DNA from: Symbiobacterium thermophilum
Lineage (GTDB): Bacteria; Bacillota; Sulfobacillia; UBA995
Length of the DNA: 64,000 nucleotides
Direction of reading: 5' to 3'
Assembly (NCBI GenBank): GCA_020725145.1
Contig: DYFO01000004.1
Location: forward strand, 2,042 to 66,041
The position numbers were made by a program, and so were the translations under genes. Under the pieces are notes generated by a model. That model was not told the DNA's origin and did no database searches. It saw nothing but the letters and a program-made list of their open reading frames with translations. Each line of letters begins with the position of its first letter. Within the stretch, counting starts at the first letter, position 1. This document shows, in pieces, positions 1-9,732 of the stretch.

Positions 1-9
1 GTTAACTTT

Positions 10-38
10 ATTATAGGCGGATCTGGTGAACATGTAAA
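10..38 (-). promoter_or_regulatory. sigma-A-type promoter pointing out of the window's left end
   Basis: Minus strand reads TTTACA (38-33), a 17-nt spacer, then TATAAT (15-10), in an AT-rich patch. Confidence 0.6.
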
Positions 39-176
39 CCAATTTGAAGGGATACCGTAGCCCCTCCAGGGCGTCGCAGGCCGGGGTGGAAGGATCGCGT
101 GCGCCGCTCCCGAAAGGAGAAGCACTGCTTTCAGGCGAAGCCAGGGCCCGTCCGGATGGACAGGAGGGATCGGGCC

Positions 177-1247
177 ATGAGTGATGAGGCGTATCGCAAG
201 CTGGCCGAAGCGCTTGACCGCCTTCCGTTCGGCTTCCCCCCCACCGACTCGGGTATCGAACTTGAGATCCTCAAGATCATGTTCACCCCCGAGGAGGCCG
301 AGACGGCTGCCGAGCTGTCGGAGGCCTGGGAGACTGCCGAGGAGGTTGCACCGCGTGTTGGCGCGGGTGCCCGGGAGGTGGAGAGCAGACTGCGGTTGAT
401 GCTGGTCAAGGGGCTCGTGAGGGGCGACAGGCGCGGCGACGAGCGCGTCTTCTCGCTCAACCCGTTCATCGTGGGAAGCTGGGAGGCCACCATGTTCCGG
501 CTGGAAGCTGAGAGCGCGCACCGCATGGCGCATCTGACCGAGGAATACGTGGCGGCCACCGGAGGGCTGGCGGGCATCATGACCCCGGCTCCGGCGATCC
601 ACCGCGTGGTGCCGGCTCACGCGACCGTCAAGTCGGAGTGGATCCTGCCGTACGACGACGTCAAGGCCTTGCTCGGCGATGCCCGGAGCTTCGTGCTGCG
701 GGATTGTGTGTGCAGGAAGCAGCATGACCTGCTGGGCACGCGGCGGTGCTCCTTCCCCCGCCGCGCGTGCCTGAGTTTCTCGCCCATCGATCGTCCTTCG
801 GGTCCGGACAGCGTCTCACGCGAGGAGGCACTGGCTTTTCTGGACGAGGCCGAGGCTATCGGCCTCGTGCACACCGTGAGCAACGTAGCCAAGGGCGTGA
901 ACTACGTTTGCAACTGCTGCGGGTGCTGCTGCGGCGTACTGCGGGGAGTGGTCGAGTTCGGGCTCAAGGAATCGGTAGCCCACGCCAACTACTACTGCGC
1001 GGTCGACCCGCAGGCCTGTTCCGGCTGCGAGGTGTGCGTCGAGCGGTGCCAGGTGGGCGCCATCGTCGTGGAGGACGGCCAGGCGGTTGTCGACAGGGAA
1101 CGCTGCATCGGTTGCGGACTTTGCGTCACGACCTGCGACCCCGGGGCGGCCCGTCTTCTGCTCCGGCCCGAGCACGAGATCGTCGAGCCTCCTGAGGATA
1201 TCGGGGCCTGGGCCAGGCTCCGCAAGGCGAACCGCAAGATGGGATGA
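177..1247 (+). CDS. 4Fe-4S dicluster domain iron-sulfur protein with N-terminal helical/wHTH-like region
   Basis: CVCR, CNCCGCCC and two CxxCxxCxxxC ferredoxin motifs; ATG at 177 follows an AGGAGGG RBS (ORF track starts at 99). Confidence 0.8.
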   Translation: MSDEAYRKLAEALDRLPFGFPPTDSGIELEILKIMFTPEEAETAAELSEAWETAEEVAPRVGAGAREVESRLRLMLVKGLVRGDRRGDERVFSLNPFIVGSWEATMFRLEAESAHRMAHLTEEYVAATGGLAGIMTPAPAIHRVVPAHATVKSEWILPYDDVKALLGDARSFVLRDCVCRKQHDLLGTRRCSFPRRACLSFSPIDRPSGPDSVSREEALAFLDEAEAIGLVHTVSNVAKGVNYVCNCCGCCCGVLRGVVEFGLKESVAHANYYCAVDPQACSGCEVCVERCQVGAIVVEDGQAVVDRERCIGCGLCVTTCDPGAARLLLRPEHEIVEPPEDIGAWARLRKANRKMG

Positions 1248-1286
1248 AGGTCGCAGGTCCTTGGCAGGTCCGCCGGATGGCCTGCG

Positions 1287-1329
1287 AAAACGCGAACACC
1301 TGCGGGCGTGTCTCCGCAGGCGTTCACGT
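1287..1329 (-). terminator. Intrinsic terminator downstream of HU gene
   Basis: Minus-strand stem CGTGAACGCCTGCGG/CCGCAGGTGTTCGCG followed by TTTT, between convergent genes. Confidence 0.6.
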
Positions 1330-1348
1330 CACTTGACGATGCAGGAGG

Positions 1349-1624
1349 CTAGCGCGCGACTGCCTCCTTCAATCCCTTGCCGGCCTTGAAGGCAGGCACC
1401 TTCCGACCGGCTATTTTTATCGGCTGCCCGGTCTGCGGGTTACGCCCGCTCCTTGCTGCGCGAGTCCGGACCTCGAAGGTTCCAAAGCCAACCAGCGAAA
1501 CCTTCTGTCCCTTCTTAAGCGAGTCGGTGATCGCTCCGAAGGCCGCTTCCAGGGCCAGCGTGACGTCCTTCTTCTTGAGCCCGGTACGTTCGGCCACCGC
1601 GGCGATCAGGTCCGCCTTGGTCAA
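1349..1624 (-). CDS. hup: DNA-binding protein HU
   Basis: MTKADL...[20 protein letters not shown]...VPAFKAGK signature; TTG start with AGGAGG RBS. Confidence 0.97.
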   Translation of the reverse strand: MTKADLIAAVAERTGLKKKDVTLALEAAFGAITDSLKKGQKVSLVGFGTFEVRTRAARSGRNPQTGQPIKIAGRKVPAFKAGKGLKEAVAR

Positions 1625-1681
1625 GCGGCGTCACCTCCTTCCCCCAAACGGTTGCTTGCCAAGCGCGCAAACTGAGGGGGA

Positions 1682-1708
1682 CTTCTCCTCTGGTCGGGAA
1701 AGTCCTTC
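1682..1708 (-). promoter_or_regulatory. Putative sigma-H promoter of hup
   Basis: GAAGGACTTT...GAGAAG, i.e. AGGA-N17-GAAG; B. subtilis hbs has a sigma-H promoter. Confidence 0.45.
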
Positions 1709-1733
1709 CTTAGCAGGACAAAAACTGCAGCAC

Positions 1734-1760
1734 AGAAAGGCCCGCTTTGAAGGCAGGCCT
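1734..1760 (-). terminator. Probable terminator after spoIVA
   Basis: AGGCCTGC-loop-GCGGGCCT followed by TTCT. Confidence 0.45.
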
Positions 1761-1793
1761 AGCAGGACAAACCGCGTTTCGTGCGGCAGTGGA

Positions 1794-3275
1794 TCAGATG
1801 ATGATGCAGATAAGGCCGCCGCTGCCCTCGTTGATTATCCGGGTCAGCGTTTCCTGGAGCTTCTGCTGGGCGTTCTCCGGCATGCGGTAGAGCTTGTTGG
1901 TCACGCCCTCAAGCACAAGGTCGTGGAGCGACTTGCCGAAGATGTCCGAATCCCAAATCTTCTGTGGGTCATCCTCGAACTTGTCCATGAGATAGCGCAC
2001 CAGTTCCTCACACTGCTTCTCGCTGCCGATGATCGGTGTGAACTCGGCTTCGATGTCGGCGCGGAACATGTGCAGGGAGGGTGCGCGGGCACGCAGGCGC
2101 ACCCCGTACTGGCTTCCCCGGCGAATCAGCTCGGGTTCCTCGAAGGCCATATCCGTCTGGGTGGGAGCGACCACCCCGTAGCCCGTCTCTCTAGCATCGC
2201 GCAGCGCCTCGGCGATCACCTCGTACTCGCGCTTTATGGCCGCCAGCTCGCGCATGTTGGTCAAGAGGTCGTGCTTGCCCTCGATGCTGATGCCGCTGAC
2301 CTCCTGCAGGACTTGCCAGAAGAGCTCCTCGCGGGCGCCGAGTTCCACGACGGCCACTCCCGTGCCCATGTCCATGCGGCGCAGCGCGGCATTCTCCACG
2401 AAGTCGTACCCACGCAGGCGCTCGACCGCCCCATCGATATCGCGCAGGCGCCGAACCTTCCCCACGCAGTCTTCCACTGCCTGCTCGAACCGGCGGCGGA
2501 GCCAGTGGTTGCGGTCGAGCGTCTCGACCCAGTGGGGCAGGTCGATGGTCACCTCGCTGACGGGGAACTCGTACAAGGCTTGCTCCAGCAGGGCCTCGAT
2601 GTCCTCATGCTGAAGCTCGGCGATGTTGGTCGGCAGCACCGGCACGTCGTACTCCACCTCGAGCTCCCGGGCAAGGTCGAGCGTCTCCCGGCTGTACGGG
2701 TTCAGCGTGTTCAGGATGACCACGAAGGGCTTGCCCAGATCGCGCAGTTCTTGCACCACCCGCCGCTCGGCGTCGAGGAAGCTCTTGCGGGGCAGGTCGG
2801 TGGCGCTGCCGTCGCTGGTGACCACCACACCGAAGGTGGAGTGCTCGGTGATCACCTTGCGGGTTCCGAGCTCCGCGGCCTCCTGGAAGGGCACGTCCTC
2901 GTCGTGCCAGGGGGTGCGCACCATGCGGGGGGTACCACCTTCTTCCTCGTAGCCCAAGGCCCCGGGGACGGTGTAGCCCACGCAATCCACCAGTCTCACC
3001 CGGAGGTGCAGGCTGTCGCGAATGGTGATGCCTACGCCCTCGTCGGGCACGAACTTGGGCTCTGAGGTCATCACCCGGCGCCCCGCCCCTGCCTGGGGCA
3101 TGGCGTCGATGGCGCGTTCGCGGTCGTTGGGGTCGGTGATGTTGGGCAGCACCAGAAGCTCAATGAACTTCTTGATGAAGGTAGACTTGCCGGTGCGCAC
3201 GGGGCCCACCACTCCCAGGTATACGTCGCCACCGGTGCGCTCGGCGATGTCGCGGAATACATCGAACCTCTCCAC
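1794..3275 (-). CDS. spoIVA: Stage IV sporulation protein A (coat morphogenetic ATPase)
   Basis: DIAERTGGDVYLGVVGPVRTGKSTFIK Walker A; C-terminus INEGSGGLICIII; 493 aa. Confidence 0.98.
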   Translation of the reverse strand: MERFDVFRDIAERTGGDVYLGVVGPVRTGKSTFIKKFIELLVLPNITDPNDRERAIDAMPQAGAGRRVMTSEPKFVPDEGVGITIRDSLHLRVRLVDCVGYTVPGALGYEEEGGTPRMVRTPWHDEDVPFQEAAELGTRKVITEHSTFGVVVTSDGSATDLPRKSFLDAERRVVQELRDLGKPFVVILNTLNPYSRETLDLARELEVEYDVPVLPTNIAELQHEDIEALLEQALYEFPVSEVTIDLPHWVETLDRNHWLRRRFEQAVEDCVGKVRRLRDIDGAVERLRGYDFVENAALRRMDMGTGVAVVELGAREELFWQVLQEVSGISIEGKHDLLTNMRELAAIKREYEVIAEALRDARETGYGVVAPTQTDMAFEEPELIRRGSQYGVRLRARAPSLHMFRADIEAEFTPIIGSEKQCEELVRYLMDKFEDDPQKIWDSDIFGKSLHDLVLEGVTNKLYRMPENAQQKLQETLTRIINEGSGGLICIII

Positions 3276-3317
3276 CGCCGACCCTCCTCCCTAGGCGGGT
3301 GCGTCGAAAACCGGTAC

Positions 3318-3347
3318 AATGTATATGGACGAGACCTCGCGGCTATT
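3318..3347 (-). promoter_or_regulatory. Putative sigma-E promoter of spoIVA
   Basis: TAATA-N16-CATATACATT matches the sigma-E consensus ATa...cATAcanT; spoIVA is sigma-E dependent in characterised spore formers. Confidence 0.55.
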
Positions 3348-3386
3348 ACCGGTATGCCGAGAGCGGGTTTGCGAGGAGGCGAGGGT

Positions 3387-3929
3387 TTGAGCCTGGAGGA
3401 TTCGTACGAACACGGGCACCTGGGCGTACTGAAACTCACCTGGGACGACGTCATGCGGTTGTGTCGGGAACTCGCCGTGCAGATCCAGACGGAGTTCGAT
3501 CCCGATCAGATCGTGGGCATCGCCAAGGCAGGGGTGATCCCCGCGGCCATCCTTGCGTCAATGCTGCGCAAGGACTTCTACCCTATCCGCCTTTCGCGCC
3601 GGGAGAAGGACCGGGTGGTAAGGGGCAGGCCGCGGCTGCTGGTGCCGCTGACCGACGACGTGAGGGGTAAGAAGGTCCTGATCGTGGACGAGATCAGCGC
3701 TACCGGCGAGACGCTGAAGCTGGCGGTGCAGGAGGCGAAGAAGAAGGGTGCCCGCAAGGTCAAGACGGCCACCCTCTACGTGCACTCGGACAGCTTCAAG
3801 CCCAACTGGTACGGAATGCTCAGCGACGACCTGATCGTGCAGCCCTGGGACTTCGAGGTGCTCAAGGACGGCAAGTTCGTCATTCACCCCGAGTACCAGG
3901 AGGAACTCGACCGGCTGGCTCGTGAATGA
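3387..3929 (+). CDS. Type I phosphoribosyltransferase (Gpt/Hpt-like)
   Basis: LTWDD...IVGIAKAG; PRPP loop VLIVDEISATGETL; IVQPWD; TTG at 3387 after AGGAGG. Confidence 0.85.
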   Translation: MSLEDSYEHGHLGVLKLTWDDVMRLCRELAVQIQTEFDPDQIVGIAKAGVIPAAILASMLRKDFYPIRLSRREKDRVVRGRPRLLVPLTDDVRGKKVLIVDEISATGETLKLAVQEAKKKGARKVKTATLYVHSDSFKPNWYGMLSDDLIVQPWDFEVLKDGKFVIHPEYQEELDRLARE

Positions 3930-3932
3930 TCG

Positions 3933-5000
3933 CTACCAGTCGGTAGGCTCGAGCGTGAACCCATCCAGCTCGCGGGTGGGCTCACGCGACATCAGGCTCT
4001 CGGCCACCGCCGCCGGCCGCTTGCCGCCGAAGAAGACCTGAAACAGCTCCTCGGTGATCGGCATCTTGACCCCAAGTTGCCTGGATAGGCCGTAGGCCGC
4101 ACGGGTGGTGGTGACCCCCTCCACCACCATCCGCAGGCTCGCCAGCACATCCGCCAGCGGGGTCCCCCTGCCCAGCTCGATTCCCGCCTGGCGGTTGCGG
4201 CTGTAGCGGCCGGTGCAGGTCAGCACGAGGTCGCCCACGCCCGAAAGGCCGGCAAAGGTGAGCGGGTTGGCCCCCATGGTTACCCCCAGGCGTGCGATCT
4301 CCGCCAAGCCGCGGGTGATCAGAGCGGCCTGGGCATTGAGTCCCAGCCCCAGCCCTTCGGCCATCCCCACGGCGATGGCGATGATGTTCTTGAGCGCGCC
4401 GCCGAGTTCCACACCCGTCACATCGGGGCCGACATACACGCGGAACAGGCGGTCGGTGAGCAGACGCTGCCAGTACTCGGCCGTGCGCCGGCAGGAAGAG
4501 GCGACCACCGTGGTGGTGGGCAGCCCCCGGGCCACCTCGATGGAGAAGTTGGGCCCTGAAAGGACGGCCACCGGCGCCGGCGAGAGATCGCCGAGCTCCT
4601 GGGCGATGATCTGGGACATGCGCAACCCGGTCTCCACCTCAAGCCCCTTGGTGGCCGAAAGCAGGTACGGAGAGGTCCCGGCGCTGCGCAGGAACGGAGC
4701 CAGCGTGCGGCACAGCTCGCGCATGCCACAAGAGGCGGGTACTAATATAACCCCTTCCGCACCGTCCAGGGCCCGGGCGGTGTCCGCCGTGACCGTAATC
4801 CCCTCGGGAAGCGACATGCCCGGCAGCCTAAGCGGGTCAAGCCGGGTCATCTCCAGGGCCTGCGCGTAGTCCTCGCGCCGAGACCACAGCGTAACCCGGC
4901 AGCCGCGGCGGTCGAGCAGACAGGCCAGGGCGATGCCCCAGGCCCCAGCCGGGCAGACCGTCACGCGTGTCTCAGGAGCGCCTGCGGTGTCTTGGGTCAC
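3933..5000 (-). CDS. gpsA: NAD(P)H-dependent glycerol-3-phosphate dehydrogenase
   Basis: GAWG, ATKGLE, LSGPNFS, GVELGGALKN, GDLVLTC...SRN motifs; der-plsY-gpsA synteny. Confidence 0.95.
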   Translation of the reverse strand: MTQDTAGAPETRVTVCPAGAWGIALACLLDRRGCRVTLWSRREDYAQALEMTRLDPLRLPGMSLPEGITVTADTARALDGAEGVILVPASCGMRELCRTLAPFLRSAGTSPYLLSATKGLEVETGLRMSQIIAQELGDLSPAPVAVLSGPNFSIEVARGLPTTTVVASSCRRTAEYWQRLLTDRLFRVYVGPDVTGVELGGALKNIIAIAVGMAEGLGLGLNAQAALITRGLAEIARLGVTMGANPLTFAGLSGVGDLVLTCTGRYSRNRQAGIELGRGTPLADVLASLRMVVEGVTTTRAAYGLSRQLGVKMPITEELFQVFFGGKRPAAVAESLMSREPTRELDGFTLEPTDW

Positions 5001-5583
5001 CTATCCGCAACTCCTGTCCGGCCAGCAGCCGTCTGATGTTGGGCAGGTGCCGGATGTAGATGAAGCCAGCTGCGAGCGTCACCAGCACCTTGTAGGCAAG
5101 CGGTTCCGAGGTCGTCAGCACCAGCAGCGCCGTTACGGCTGTTCCCACCAGCGACCCCAGCGAGACGTAACGCGTGGCCAGCACCACGGCTACCAGTGCG
5201 AGCAGGCCCAACGCCGCCGCTCCGGGAATGAGGTAGAAGACCACTCCGGCGGCGGTGGCCACTCCCCTGCCTCCACGGAAGCCGAGCAGGTAGGACCAGT
5301 TGTGACCGGCCACTGCGGCGAGCCCTGCCACCGCGGCGGCCCAAGGCCCCAGCGTTCCTCCCCAGGTCAGCCCGAGGTGGGCGGACAGCGCACCCTTGCC
5401 CATGTCGGCCGCCAGCACCAGTAGGCCGGGAACCGGGCCCAGTACCCTGAAGACGTTGGTTGCCCCGATATTGCCGCTGCCGATGCGCCGCACATCGATT
5501 CCCAGCCACCTGCCCGCCCAATAGCCAAAGGGCAGGCCGCCGATCAGATAGCCCGTAAGTGCCAGCCAAAAGAGCGTACTCAT
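4972..5583 (-). CDS. plsY: Glycerol-3-phosphate acyltransferase PlsY
   Basis: GSGNIGATNVFR, DMGKG, GHNWS..LGFRGGRGVAT, HLPNIRRL. Confidence 0.95.
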   Translation of the reverse strand: MSTLFWLALTGYLIGGLPFGYWAGRWLGIDVRRIGSGNIGATNVFRVLGPVPGLLVLAADMGKGALSAHLGLTWGGTLGPWAAAVAGLAAVAGHNWSYLLGFRGGRGVATAAGVVFYLIPGAAALGLLALVAVVLATRYVSLGSLVGTAVTALLVLTTSEPLAYKVLVTLAAGFIYIRHLPNIRRLLAGQELRIGDPRHRRRS

Positions 5584-5589
5584 CTCAGC

Positions 5590-6906
5590 CTACCTGCGAT
5601 CCTCCTTGCCGCGCGTCCTCCCGCTCCGGAAGGCAAGCCGCAATGGCGTTCCTTCGAAGCCAAAGGCATCGCGGAGGCGGTTTTCAAGGTACCGTCGGTA
5701 TGAGGCTTCCACCAGACCCGGGTCGTTGACGAAGAAGGCAAAGCGCGGAGGCCGCGTCCCGACCTGGGTGACGAACCCGATCTTCAGCCGGCCGGGTGGT
5801 GGATTGATGGCCACCGCGTCGCGAAGTACCGCGTTCAGCAGGCGGGTCGGTACCTCACGGGCGTGCTCGTGACCTGCCGCCAGGGCGGCCGGCAGCAGCC
5901 TCGCCATGCCGTCGCCGGTCAGCGCAGAGACCGCCACGATTGCGGCGTAACCCATGAAGGCCAGTTCTCGGCGGATCCTTTGCACGCAGGCCTTCACGCC
6001 GCCGGAGTCTTCCACGAGATCGATCTTGTTGGCGACCAGCACCACGGCCCTCCCGGCCTCATCCACGTACCCGCAGATACGGCGGTCCTGTTCGGTCACC
6101 GGTTGACTGCCGTCCAGCACCACCAGCGCTACCTGAGCCCTCTGCACCGCCCTGGTGGTGCGTAGCACGCTGTAATATTCCACGGGTTCACCGCGGCGCG
6201 CACGCCGTCTCAGGCCCGCGGTGTCGATCAGGGTGATGGTGCGGTCTTCCCACTCGAAAGTGGCGTCCACCGCATCACGGGTGGTCCCGGGACGGGCGTC
6301 CACGATCACCCTCTCTTGCCCCAGGAGCGCGTTCACCAGCGACGACTTGCCCACGTTGGGCCTGCCCACCACCGCTACCGCCAGCCCGGGCACCGCCGTC
6401 GGCTCGGCCTCCTCAGCGGGAAGCAGCTCGAGCAGCCGGTCAAGGAGCTCGCCGGTGCCCAGGCCGTGCAACGCGGACACGCCCAGGGGCTCCCCCAATC
6501 CCAGCTCCAAGAAGTCCACGAGGGAGGTCGTGTCGCCCGGGCGGTCGACCTTGTTCACCACCACCACCACCGGCTTACGCGTGCGGCGCAGGACGTCGGC
6601 CACGTCACGATCGCCCGGCGCAAGACCCTCACGCCCGTCCACCACGAAGATGAGCACGTCGGCCTCGGCGACCGCCACCTCGGCCTGACGGCGCACCCTG
6701 GCGGCCATGTCGCGGCCGGCGAACTCCAACCCGCCGGTGTCCACCAGCGTGAACTGGCGTCCTGCCCACTCTGCCGGGGAATATATGCGATCCCGGGTGA
6801 CGCCCGGTTGTGCTTCGACGATGCTGCGGCGTTGCTGCAGTATACGGTTGAACAGCGCGGACTTGCCCACGTTGGGCCGACCTACGATGGCGACCACCGG
6901 CTTCAA
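5590..6906 (-). CDS. der: Ribosome biogenesis GTPase Der (EngA)
   Basis: Two GRPNVGKS G-domains plus C-terminal KH-like domain (YLENRLR..FGFEGTP). Confidence 0.97.
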   Translation of the reverse strand: MKPVVAIVGRPNVGKSALFNRILQQRRSIVEAQPGVTRDRIYSPAEWAGRQFTLVDTGGLEFAGRDMAARVRRQAEVAVAEADVLIFVVDGREGLAPGDRDVADVLRRTRKPVVVVVNKVDRPGDTTSLVDFLELGLGEPLGVSALHGLGTGELLDRLLELLPAEEAEPTAVPGLAVAVVGRPNVGKSSLVNALLGQERVIVDARPGTTRDAVDATFEWEDRTITLIDTAGLRRRARRGEPVEYYSVLRTTRAVQRAQVALVVLDGSQPVTEQDRRICGYVDEAGRAVVLVANKIDLVEDSGGVKACVQRIRRELAFMGYAAIVAVSALTGDGMARLLPAALAAGHEHAREVPTRLLNAVLRDAVAINPPPGRLKIGFVTQVGTRPPRFAFFVNDPGLVEASYRRYLENRLRDAFGFEGTPLRLAFRSGRTRGKEDRR

Positions 6907-8246
6907 CGGCCGACCTCCTCAGCTGACAGCGCGGCGGCCACCAGTGACGCGGGTCTGGGGCCGCACGGCAACACCGGCACTCCCAGGGTTTCGGCAAGTT
7001 CGAGCAGTCCCACGCCGTCCAGGAAGACCGGAGGGTCGTGGGCCAGCGCTGTCGCCGGCACCAGCACGAGGTCGGCAGGCTTTGCCTCACGCTTAAGGGC
7101 GGCCAGCACGTCCGCGCCGACCAGCAGACCGGCCGCCGTCACCTGTTCCCCAAAGAAACGATTCGTCACCGGCACCAGCGCGCAGGACAGCCCCTCCACC
7201 CCGTTCAGGGCCTGTACCACCGGTCTGAGCAGCGGAACAGCCATACGGCCGGTGACCACCGCCACCCGCCGCCGCCCCAACACTTTCGGCGGCAGACGGG
7301 AGCGCACCTTCCGGATCTCGTCGAGGAACAGCCGCGCCGGGCCGATGCCGTTCTCCAGCTGGGGAAATCCGTCGTAGCGCGCGGCCGCCGGCAGAGGCAA
7401 CCCCGCCGCCAGGTAAAGCTCATCCGCCGCGTGAACGAACGAGCCCTTTCCCTCTTTCCGAAAGCGACGCTGCCAGGCGCCCACCTTGCGGACGAGTTCC
7501 TCGGCAAGTCCCGGGGTGACGGGGTTCAACGGGAACAGGTTCTCGCGATGGCGGGTGAGACCCACCGGCACCAGTCCGACGGACGCCACGGCCGGCCAGA
7601 GCGCGGCAAGCCTCTCTACCGTGTCTGCCAAGGCGGCACCGTCATTGAGCCCGGGGCAGATCACCACCTGGGCGTGAACCGTGATCTCTGCCCGTCCCAG
7701 GTGGGCCAGGAGGTCGAGCACGGGTTCGGGATGCGGCGAACCCAAAAGACGCCCTCTCAGCTCGGGGTCGACCGCGTGCACCGACACGTACAGGGGACTG
7801 AGACGCTGCCGTTCGATGCGGCCAAGATCGGCGGCGTCGAGGTTGGTGAGGGTAATGAAGTTGCCTTGCAGGAAGGAAAGCCGGTAGTCGTCATCCCTGA
7901 GGTACAGGCAGGGACGCAAACCCGGCGGCAACTGGTCCAGGAAGCAGAAAATGCACCGGTTACGGCAGGTTCTGACGCCGTCGAACACCGGCGCGGTGAA
8001 CGTAAGGCCGAGTTCCTCTTCCTCGGGCTTTTCGATGTCGTACAAAAACTCCTCGCCGGAGGGGCGTACCACTCGGAGCTGCACGGTGGTCGCCGCCAGC
8101 AGCCACTTGTACTCCAGGATGTCCCGGGGCCGGCGGCCGTTCAGCGTGAGCAGTCGATCGCCTGGGAAAAGACCGACGTCGGCGGCTATGCTATCGGGAC
8201 GAACGGCGGCGACGACTGCTCCTTCGGTCCCCGCTAGGGTGTTCAT
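6903..8246 (-). CDS. DUF512 family PDZ-containing Fe-S (radical SAM-like) protein
   Basis: N-terminal [37 protein letters not shown]; typical position upstream of der; start uncertain. Confidence 0.85.
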   Translation of the reverse strand: MNTLAGTEGAVVAAVRPDSIAADVGLFPGDRLLTLNGRRPRDILEYKWLLAATTVQLRVVRPSGEEFLYDIEKPEEEELGLTFTAPVFDGVRTCRNRCIFCFLDQLPPGLRPCLYLRDDDYRLSFLQGNFITLTNLDAADLGRIERQRLSPLYVSVHAVDPELRGRLLGSPHPEPVLDLLAHLGRAEITVHAQVVICPGLNDGAALADTVERLAALWPAVASVGLVPVGLTRHRENLFPLNPVTPGLAEELVRKVGAWQRRFRKEGKGSFVHAADELYLAAGLPLPAAARYDGFPQLENGIGPARLFLDEIRKVRSRLPPKVLGRRRVAVVTGRMAVPLLRPVVQALNGVEGLSCALVPVTNRFFGEQVTAAGLLVGADVLAALKREAKPADLVLVPATALAHDPPVFLDGVGLLELAETLGVPVLPCGPRPASLVAAALSAEEVGR

Positions 8247-8288
8247 GGCGCCTGCTGCCGACCTCCGCCCTCCGGCTTTGTGGTTCTC

Positions 8289-8317
8289 ATTGTGACGGCG
8301 AAGGTCACCGGCGTCAA
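8289..8317 (-). promoter_or_regulatory. sigma-A promoter (proximal) of DUF512-der-plsY-gpsA
   Basis: TTGACG-N17-CACAAT. Confidence 0.5.
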
Positions 8318-8395
8318 GGGGAGGCGAAAACGAGGGCCGCGTCAACTGAACCTAGTTGACCCCCCCTCTGCTTGGATTGTCAGGGGTTCCCGCCC

Positions 8396-8423
8396 AGTAT
8401 ATGCCAAGTACCGGTTGCGTCAA
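8396..8423 (-). promoter_or_regulatory. sigma-A promoter (distal)
   Basis: TTGACG-N16-TATACT. Confidence 0.5.
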
Positions 8424-8649
8424 GCCCCCGCCGGTGCCACAGCATTCGCGTGCCCCCCATGGCGTGCCCTCTGCGATTGCGCTGATGTAGGCCACCCTGG
8501 ACCCACGGGGGCTGAGGGGCGGGCAGTTGCCGCGCGCCAGGACAAGGCCTCCCTGCATCCGGCTCTGAAGAACCGTGGTCACGCTCCCGTCGCCAGGGTC
8601 AACCCGGGCGATGGCTAGCTCACCTTCCCTTGGCTGAGTACGAGGGCCT

Positions 8650-8841
8650 TCAGTGCTTAACCAGAATGTAGGTGCCGTTTTCGAGGTCGTGTACCATCGC
8701 GTCAAGTATGCGGCTGAGGTAGGTCGCTATCCTCTCGCGTTCCGCCTCATCGTTGGCATAGAAGATCGGCGCGCCGCCTCCCACCGCGTCATGCCGCAGC
8801 GTGACCACCGCCAGAATGGTGTGCAGCGGCGCGGTCTTCAT
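8650..8841 (-). CDS. Capping complex subunit for YIEGIA (YpzH-like)
   Basis: ILAVVT...VGGGAPIF...ILDAMVHDLENGTYILVKH; directly after the YIEGIA gene. Confidence 0.85.
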   Translation of the reverse strand: MKTAPLHTILAVVTLRHDAVGGGAPIFYANDEAERERIATYLSRILDAMVHDLENGTYILVKH

Positions 8842-9710
8842 CGGCCTACCTCAAGCGGCAGGCGGCGGGAGCTTTCCAGAAGCGGTGTACGCCGAACTCC
8901 TTCCAAGAGCGCGTTGATGTCGGGGTTGGTGGGTACGATGCACAGACCCGTGCGTCCTGTGTCCAGATCGAGGCGCACGAGCGGGGTGAACTCGGGAGTT
9001 CCGAAGTCCTTGCGCAGCCCCACCGCCGCTGCCGCGTCGTGCGCGATGGCCTGGCGCTGCCCGAGGGTGGCCAGCGTGGCGCGGGCGGCTGCGTCTCGAG
9101 GCTCCAGGATCACCCCCCTGCCGTGGCGGAGAAGGTACTCGCGGGATTCGCGCAGGCCGACGGCCATGATCATCACGTCGTCCACGTACAACAGGCTGCG
9201 TTCAAAGCGCAGCCGGGCAGGACGGACCACCGCCACGTCCCCCACTTGCTTGCCGCGTCGCAGTCCTCCCGCCAGGACCAGCGCCGCTCCTCCTCCCAGC
9301 AGGCCGGCGGAGAGTCCCAGGAAGTGGGTGAGGGAGCTTGCCACCAGCGCCGTCAGCATGGCCAGGTAGTTGCGGGCCTCGAAGACGCGGGCGATGCCTT
9401 CCACGTAGTCGGCGCCGCGCGGCACGCGCTCGCTTGCCTCCAGCGCCGCCAGGCTCTCGCGCTCTGCCGCCCGTACCTCCCGGAACTGCTGTGCCGCCAG
9501 CGCCAGGAAGGTGACGGCGGTGAACTCCCGGGCGGCCAGGGCCGGAACGGCCACCGCTCCCAGGAAGGCGGCCACCAGACCGAGCGCCAGGTGGGTAACC
9601 CAGCCGTGTGGGTAGGTCGGGTACATGCGGTAATCAACACGCAGAAGATGCGCCCGCGTCAGCGTACCCACCGCGAGCCCCATGGTGATGGGACCCCAGG
9701 CCGAGAGCAC
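8838..9710 (-). CDS. YIEGIA family membrane protein (SeaA/YphB-like)
   Basis: DYRMYPTYPHG, AAQQFREVR, YVEGIARVFEARNYL. Confidence 0.9.
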   Translation of the reverse strand: MLSAWGPITMGLAVGTLTRAHLLRVDYRMYPTYPHGWVTHLALGLVAAFLGAVAVPALAAREFTAVTFLALAAQQFREVRAAERESLAALEASERVPRGADYVEGIARVFEARNYLAMLTALVASSLTHFLGLSAGLLGGGAALVLAGGLRRGKQVGDVAVVRPARLRFERSLLYVDDVMIMAVGLRESREYLLRHGRGVILEPRDAAARATLATLGQRQAIAHDAAAAVGLRKDFGTPEFTPLVRLDLDTGRTGLCIVPTNPDINALLEGVRRTPLLESSRRLPLEVGR

Positions 9711-9732
9711 CTCGTGTTACACCTCCCCGCGC

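Noticed and set aside
1377..3065. Long + strand ORF of 562 aa (and similar ones at 53497-55140, 51943-53379, 56386-57681, 44485-45870)
   Set aside because: These are antisense shadows of well-supported minus-strand genes, as expected in high-GC DNA; no motifs
8250..8650. 6S RNA or fluoride riboswitch in the capping-DUF512 gap
   Set aside because: I found no long 6S-type rod; GGCGATGG near 8607 lacks the rest of the fluoride consensus
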